A model generated the notes under the pieces. The model was not told the origin of the DNA and searched no databases. It worked only from the letters and a program-made list of their open reading frames with translations. This document shows positions 58,915 to 64,000 of a stretch of DNA of 64,000 nt, piece by piece. The stretch comes from a virus. The position numbers and the translations under genes are program-made. The DNA is taken from IMG/VR virus record IMGVR_UViG_3300021373_003070, one strand, 5' to 3'. Each line of letters starts with the position of its first letter. Position 1 is the stretch's first letter.

Positions 58915-59541
58915 ATGGCCTATTATTACGGCTCACTCAGAGACTCTCTGATCACAGAATGCCAGAACCAAGGCATGTCTCCATCTCATATCGAAAAGTA
59001 TGCCAAGTACTACATGGCAAAGCAGAGAGCTGCTCGAGGTGGCGGCCGTTCAAAGACTGGATATCAGGACTCCGATAAGACAAAAGTCTATCGTTCAGAG
59101 TGGGCATTTCAGTCAAAGGTTGACATCCGTCAATTCAAAGATATCGACGAAGCAACACAAAGATTCAAGCAAATCAAGAAGTCAAAGCTGTGGAGTCAGA
59201 TTGGTAAGCAATGCTATCTGATGGACAATCGCCGCATGGGTCGTGCTACTGCAGGTCGTGCACACGTTGGTGGTAAGATCGAGCTAGGTACAACAGGCAT
59301 GGATGAGTATACACTTATCCACGAAATGGCACATCAGACACATAACTCAATGCACCACGGTGTACAATTTCGTATCCACTTGTTAAAGTTAGTATCTAGA
59401 TTTATGGGACGAGAAGCACATGACATTCTCAAAGCAGAATTCAAAGAACGTAAGCTTAAGCTATCAATGCCTAAGCCACGTTCACCGGCTAGCTGGTTCA
59501 AATCATATCAACACATGCAAAAAGTAAGAGGTGAAGCATGA
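58915..59541 (+). CDS. Zincin/SprT-like HExxH protein
   Basis: LIHEMAH...HHG..F. Confidence 0.65.
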   Translation: MAYYYGSLRDSLITECQNQGMSPSHIEKYAKYYMAKQRAARGGGRSKTGYQDSDKTKVYRSEWAFQSKVDIRQFKDIDEATQRFKQIKKSKLWSQIGKQCYLMDNRRMGRATAGRAHVGGKIELGTTGMDEYTLIHEMAHQTHNSMHHGVQFRIHLLKLVSRFMGREAHDILKAEFKERKLKLSMPKPRSPASWFKSYQHMQKVRGEA

Positions 59542-59879
59542 AAGAATCACTTAAAGTTTTACAAGAATGTGCTGAGGTACAAATCAAAAAGTCTAATGAC
59601 TATCAAAATGATTACTCTCGCATTCGTCAAGCAGACTACTATCCTCGTGGTGTAGCTACTATCACAGATCTCATCTATGCTAAAGTTCTTCGTATGCAAT
59701 CAGTCATCGAAGCTAGCGAACGTGATCCAGAATATACACCAAACTTCGAATCAATCGAAGATTCTGCTAAAGATCTAATCAACTATGCATCATTCGTTGT
59801 TGCATACATGCGTGGCCAAATGGATGGCCAAGAAACAAACCGTGACTTCCTTAATCGGGTGATTGATGATTCAGAATAA
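59538..59879 (+). CDS. Nucleotide-modification-associated protein (Nmad1/DUF1599-like)
   Basis: KKSNDY..K..R..SIEDS..DLINYA; adjacent to the hydroxymethylase. Confidence 0.7.
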   Translation: MKESLKVLQECAEVQIKKSNDYQNDYSRIRQADYYPRGVATITDLIYAKVLRMQSVIEASERDPEYTPNFESIEDSAKDLINYASFVVAYMRGQMDGQETNRDFLNRVIDDSE

Positions 59880-60543
59880 AGTACATGATATCCGTTCTTA
59901 TTTCAAAGAAGCTTTACACAAAGAACAATTCACAATTGACAAGACTGGTCAAAAGACTATCGAATTAATTGGTGCATCGTTTATTGCAGACGAGCCATCT
60001 ATCTTTGGTAGACCGGTTCAAAAGTATATCGATGCCGAGATCAATTGGTATATTTCTCAATCTACTAACATTCACGATATCTATGATGAAGGTAGAGCAC
60101 CACCTGAAGCTTGGAAGTATTCGGCAAATGAACACGGTGAGATCAACTCAAACTATGGCCATCTTATTTACAGTGAAAAGTATGGTAATCAATACCATCG
60201 TGTAATGCAAGAACTTCTCGCTCATCCGGATGGCCGACGTGCAACAATGATTTATAATCGTCCATCTATATGGAATGAATACAACGAGAATGGTAAGTCA
60301 GACTTTATTTGTACCAATGCTGTAACTTACTATGTACGTAATGGTAAACTCCACTGTGTGGTTCAGATGCGCTCTAACGATGTGGTTTTCGGTTACAAGA
60401 ATGACTATGCTTGGCAGAAATATATACTAGATATGTTGGCTTATGATATTTCTAGTCATCACACACAAATATTTTCTGGTGATATTATGTGGCAGGTTCA
60501 AAACCTTCACGTATACGAACGACACTTTAAATTGGTGGAATAA
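59863..60543 (+). CDS. gp42: dCMP hydroxymethylase-like enzyme (thymidylate synthase fold)
   Basis: DFICTN..MRSNDVVFGYKNDYAWQKY..NLHVYERHF closely matches T4 gp42 as recalled, including the cytosine-specifying Asp. Confidence 0.85.
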   Translation: MMIQNKVHDIRSYFKEALHKEQFTIDKTGQKTIELIGASFIADEPSIFGRPVQKYIDAEINWYISQSTNIHDIYDEGRAPPEAWKYSANEHGEINSNYGHLIYSEKYGNQYHRVMQELLAHPDGRRATMIYNRPSIWNEYNENGKSDFICTNAVTYYVRNGKLHCVVQMRSNDVVFGYKNDYAWQKYILDMLAYDISSHHTQIFSGDIMWQVQNLHVYERHFKLVE

Positions 60544-61044
60544 ATGTGGATAATGTCCTCTCTTAGAATGATGTTTGTAGGTGCGCTGGCTTCGGCTGGT
60601 GTGCTTGCATATTTTTATTATGTTAATACTCAAGCTGAGTTAGAGTTACTACGCACTGAGATTGAACTATACGAAGTAAAGTTTGCCACACAAACTGAAA
60701 CTATTGATGAGCTAAGAGATGAAATACAAGCTCAAACTGAAAGGCTAAATACTTTAGCCATGGCAAATCAAGAAGCTGAAGTCGAGTTGAACAGATATCT
60801 TGATATTTTTAGACGACACAATTTGCAAAGGTTAGCGGCAGCTAAACCGGACTGGGTGTCGAATATTGTTAATAATGGAACGAAAGATGTATTTGACAGC
60901 ATTGAAGAAGTTAGTCGTGTTATCGACTCTATTGATGGTGACGGGGTGCAGTTGGCTCCATCCGAAGACGGAGATACAGATACAGACGAAACAGGTGAGA
61001 GTGCCAATAGCACAGCCGACACTTCCACGGGAACTGGATCTTAA
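60544..61044 (+). CDS. Inner-membrane spanin (Rz-like)
   Basis: N-terminal transmembrane helix plus coiled coil; overlapped by a lipoprotein gene. Confidence 0.7.
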   Translation: MWIMSSLRMMFVGALASAGVLAYFYYVNTQAELELLRTEIELYEVKFATQTETIDELRDEIQAQTERLNTLAMANQEAEVELNRYLDIFRRHNLQRLAAAKPDWVSNIVNNGTKDVFDSIEEVSRVIDSIDGDGVQLAPSEDGDTDTDETGESANSTADTSTGTGS

Positions 61045-61267
61045 AGAACCAAAGTTCTACGTAGTATCGGATAAAAATCTCGACGATTTTCTCGTAGAAA
61101 TTGAGAAGCGTGCTGGTGGAATTGTATTCGTCGCCATCACTGTTGATGACTACGAACTGATGTCATATAACATGCAAGAGATTAAGCGCTATGTACAACA
61201 GATGAAATCTGTAGTAGTATATTACTATGATATCGTCGAAGACAACAATGCGAAGGCTGAAAAGTGA
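60887..61267 (+). CDS. Outer-membrane spanin lipoprotein (Rz1-like); start likely 60887
   Basis: Signal KKLVVLSTLLMVTG-C lipobox, Pro-rich segment, +1-frame overlap with the Rz-like gene. Confidence 0.7.
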   Translation: MYLTALKKLVVLSTLLMVTGCSWLHPKTEIQIQTKQVRVPIAQPTLPRELDLKEPKFYVVSDKNLDDFLVEIEKRAGGIVFVAITVDDYELMSYNMQEIKRYVQQMKSVVVYYYDIVEDNNAKAEK

Positions 61268-61899
61268 GAGTTGCGTATTACGTCAATGGTAGTATACGTA
61301 AGGTAAATCAAAACAATTTGCCATACGATCCTATTGATGTGCATACAGATTTTGCCAATAAGATTGGTGCAGATCTCGGAATGTCAACATGGGAAGTAAG
61401 TAGTGATCCAAAATCAATATCGCTTCAAGAGCTCATGGAATTGCCATTTGAGAGAAGTAAACAGCCGCCGGGTTATTATCCGGATTTGTTCTGGCAACAT
61501 GTAAATTATTGTGAATGGGCGGCATGCAATTATGAAGTATATGACGTATTAGTCAGAGGTCGTTGGGATAATATTTACAATGAAGATAACATCGACCTGA
61601 TCAGTGAAAGCATTACGGCGTGTTATACTGATAGAATGGCGTTTGGATTTTGCAACAGTCGATATCGAGCATTAGATGAATCACTCAAAAATATCAATGA
61701 TCATGTGATTATTCATCCAGCTAAATCGTTTGATCCGGATTTTACCTCAAATTTCTTTCGTACATTCACCGGCGTATGGGAAGAAATGGGACCAGTAAGA
61801 CAAAGTCAGCATGCTGCATGTAAAGCTGAACATATATGGTGGTGGCTACTATGTGGTCGAACAAATTTACCTTACAAGAATATTAGATTATCTGAATGA
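61264..61899 (+). CDS. Hypothetical glycosyltransferase-like protein
   Basis: RVAYYVNG..R and YDVLVRGRWD..ND pattern seen in phage GT-like proteins. Confidence 0.4.
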   Translation: MRVAYYVNGSIRKVNQNNLPYDPIDVHTDFANKIGADLGMSTWEVSSDPKSISLQELMELPFERSKQPPGYYPDLFWQHVNYCEWAACNYEVYDVLVRGRWDNIYNEDNIDLISESITACYTDRMAFGFCNSRYRALDESLKNINDHVIIHPAKSFDPDFTSNFFRTFTGVWEEMGPVRQSQHAACKAEHIWWWLLCGRTNLPYKNIRLSE

Positions 61900-63065
61900 T
61901 TGAAACTACAAAATATTATGATGAATTCATAAGGTACTTCAACTTAGCCTATAAACAGCAAGAGCTATGTAATGTATCTGATAAAGAACCTTATGGCATG
62001 GTCGCACATAAGGATTCGAATCTCGGTGATGATCTCATGGAGAATGTTGAATTATATGATGTAGTCGAACGCAAATATGCAGGCTTTTCTCAGATCATAA
62101 ATGATTGTTTTTATGGATGGACAGAAGATCATCCATATTGGAAAAAGATGCAGGCGGGCTTGTGTACCCGTCAACGAGAGACCGTCGCCAAAGACTGGAC
62201 CGGTAAACAAGACGTATTCTCTCTTCCTGAATGGCTCTATGTTTTTATCCTTCATAGAGTCACCGGTTCAGCAATTAACTATGCCCAGAAACCATCTGGG
62301 TATTTTAACACCATCCTCTTCAATCTCCATCAGTGTGATACAATAGAAGAGATGGTGCAGCTGGCGAAGCACTACCCGGTACCCTTCTATACCTCAGTCG
62401 GTTACCAGTTCCCAGCGTTTCCAAAACCAGTCGGCGACTATAAGAAAGGCGGTGATTATTACCTCGGTGAATTTGCCCCTCGATTAGCTCGCGATCTCGC
62501 GGACCATTTGACGATGGGTCCTCGCAAGGACCTTCGCGAGATTGGTGAGTTTATGCTGAAGTGGAATGAAGACAATGGTCTTCGACGCTATCAGTTTCAA
62601 TACGCAGCTGTAGTCGCTGACGTCGCCGACTGGTTTCCTCAATACGTTAACCGTGAAAGCATGTTCTATTACGGTACAAATGCAGTAGAATGTATCTCTT
62701 ACTTGGCTAAACCTGTCAAGAAGATGAAAAAAGAGTTGTTCCTTGATGCCGTCATGACGAAAATATATGATGATACAGGAAGTGTACCATATAATGCTGA
62801 AGATGTATGTTGCGACTTCATTCGTTATGTTGAAAATTATGTTCGCCCTGGTCCGGAATATAATCATTTAGATTATGATAATCTGTGGTCGTCATGCGGC
62901 ATCAAGGATCACCCTTATGGAAGACAGAAATATATGTTGGATATGGGGTTGATAGAAACTTTTAATGGCATGAAAAATCATCCATCTGATGATGCAATTC
63001 TAAAAAATAATGAAATGACTGTTGAAGAGTACCAACGTAATGTCGCTAACTTACTTTCTAGGTGA
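61896..63065 (+). CDS. Putative amino acid:DNA transferase-like (aGPT-Pplase-like) base hypermodification enzyme
   Basis: C-terminal F..AAVVAD..YGTNA..EDVCCDFIRY resembles the ExxLCExxKY motif; sits in the gp42 cluster. Confidence 0.5.
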   Translation: MIETTKYYDEFIRYFNLAYKQQELCNVSDKEPYGMVAHKDSNLGDDLMENVELYDVVERKYAGFSQIINDCFYGWTEDHPYWKKMQAGLCTRQRETVAKDWTGKQDVFSLPEWLYVFILHRVTGSAINYAQKPSGYFNTILFNLHQCDTIEEMVQLAKHYPVPFYTSVGYQFPAFPKPVGDYKKGGDYYLGEFAPRLARDLADHLTMGPRKDLREIGEFMLKWNEDNGLRRYQFQYAAVVADVADWFPQYVNRESMFYYGTNAVECISYLAKPVKKMKKELFLDAVMTKIYDDTGSVPYNAEDVCCDFIRYVENYVRPGPEYNHLDYDNLWSSCGIKDHPYGRQKYMLDMGLIETFNGMKNHPSDDAILKNNEMTVEEYQRNVANLLSR

Positions 63066-64000
63066 ACACGAAAATGATATCCAATATCAGAACATTGCTG
63101 AGGTGGATTACAAAAACGGCAAACCTACGTCGTCGTGGTTAAAAGGTTGGTGTCAAGAAGCTCGAACTGAAAAGTTTTTCGAGTTCTGTCGTGGCTACGA
63201 TGCACGTCAAGACTTTTTACTAAAGAACAACTATCAACAATTCTCACATCGATTGCACTGGCACGAATGTCCTTTTGTTGACGAGATGGCACAAGAGAAA
63301 GACAGAGTCAAGGTACTCGAAGCATGCGTTCTCTTCTCATTTAGCAACGAGCATTGGCAAACATTCAGAGCATGGCGTGATCATGGTCAAGACGGTATGA
63401 GAGTAAGATTTACAAGCTATCGTCATGCTCGTAGCGATCTGTTTCAGATCTACTATCCAAAAGATACGAAGGTCAAAGACTGGCTCATCGAAGCGCCAGC
63501 TCGTATTGCACTTGAGCTCGATTCATTATTCGATGGCATGCGTAGACCGTTCACGATGATGGAATTTGCCAAAAAAATGAACATCATCATGGTCCGCGAT
63601 TTTGGTTTTCGTAATGCCATGTACCCGTCAAAGAATGCAGCGCGACATGTAGCGATGAGCCATCCTGAGTGGGTTGATCCTGACTCGTTCTTACATGGTG
63701 GTACAGGATACTTCGATGGTTTGTCGCAGATCTTTGACTGTCCACATCTTATGTCAAGATCAAAGTATGAGATTGATGAGGATGGTGAATACGTACCGAT
63801 GAATAAATGGGCAGAGATGCAGATCCAACACATGGACTATCTCAAAAATCATCCTAGCAATCCTATTCATACACATCAGTATCTCAACTTAGAAGACAAG
63901 CTATGTATGCATTACAAGTTTATGTCAATGAAGCTAGGTTCTAAAAAGCAAACAAAGATGATACCATATAACTGGGTGTATCCAGAGAATTGGTCTCTTA
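63040..64000 (+). CDS. Second aGPT-Pplase-like protein (partial, runs off the window)
   Basis: Open frame from ATG 63040 (MSLTYFLGEHEND...) to the window end; ..GGTGYFDGL..NLEDKLCMHYK. Confidence 0.5.
   Translation, partial: MSLTYFLGEHENDIQYQNIAEVDYKNGKPTSSWLKGWCQEARTEKFFEFCRGYDARQDFLLKNNYQQFSHRLHWHECPFVDEMAQEKDRVKVLEACVLFSFSNEHWQTFRAWRDHGQDGMRVRFTSYRHARSDLFQIYYPKDTKVKDWLIEAPARIALELDSLFDGMRRPFTMMEFAKKMNIIMVRDFGFRNAMYPSKNAARHVAMSHPEWVDPDSFLHGGTGYFDGLSQIFDCPHLMSRSKYEIDEDGEYVPMNKWAEMQIQHMDYLKNHPSNPIHTHQYLNLEDKLCMHYKFMSMKLGSKKQTKMIPYNWVYPENWSL

Noticed and set aside
59863-60543. Ordinary thymidylate synthase (thyA/td)
   Set aside because: The active-site region matches dCMP hydroxymethylase (DFICTN, FGYKND), not the LPPCH / GLPFN motifs of ThyA
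102-63833. Minus-strand and nested short ORFs in the ORF track (e.g. 8103-8762, 25339-26160, 26953-27630, 37909-38307)
   Set aside because: They are shadows of long + strand genes with biased codons and show no recognisable motifs. The only overlap accepted from this set is the Rz1-like lipoprotein.
1-64000. tRNA, rRNA, group I introns, or inteins in gp17/gp20/gp23/uvsW/gp46
   Set aside because: Intergenic gaps are short with no cloverleaf seen, and these core genes are uninterrupted and of normal length

Overview
This 64-kb window is the virion-structure and late/recombination region of a large T4-like (contractile-tailed) phage. It resembles marine T4-like myoviruses, and an overlapping Rz/Rz1-like spanin pair points to a Gram-negative host. 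All credible genes are on the + strand and most are driven by T4-type late promoters (TATAAATA). Gene order: baseplate/tail-fibre module (0-28 kb); gp13-14-15-16-17-18-19-20; an ~8.4-kb island of probable virion appendage genes; gp67-21-22-23, gp3, uvsY, uvsW, gp55, gp47/gp46; then a DNA-modification cluster (MazG-like, Nmad1-like, gp42-like dCMP hydroxymethylase, two amino-acid:DNA-transferase-like genes). The standout is the 973-aa ORF at 10545-13466. Its 17-aa repeats are arranged as 23 units, a central turn and 23 units (arms of 392 and 391 aa). Mirror-position units follow a strict complementary code, like base pairing written in amino acids, which implies a ~100+ nm self-pairing antiparallel beta-hairpin fibre. 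Directly downstream is a late-promoter-driven five-gene cassette of 2OG-Fe(II)/JmjC/DUF6065-like proteins, two apparently lacking metal ligands. All family calls come from motif recognition by eye; no database search was run.
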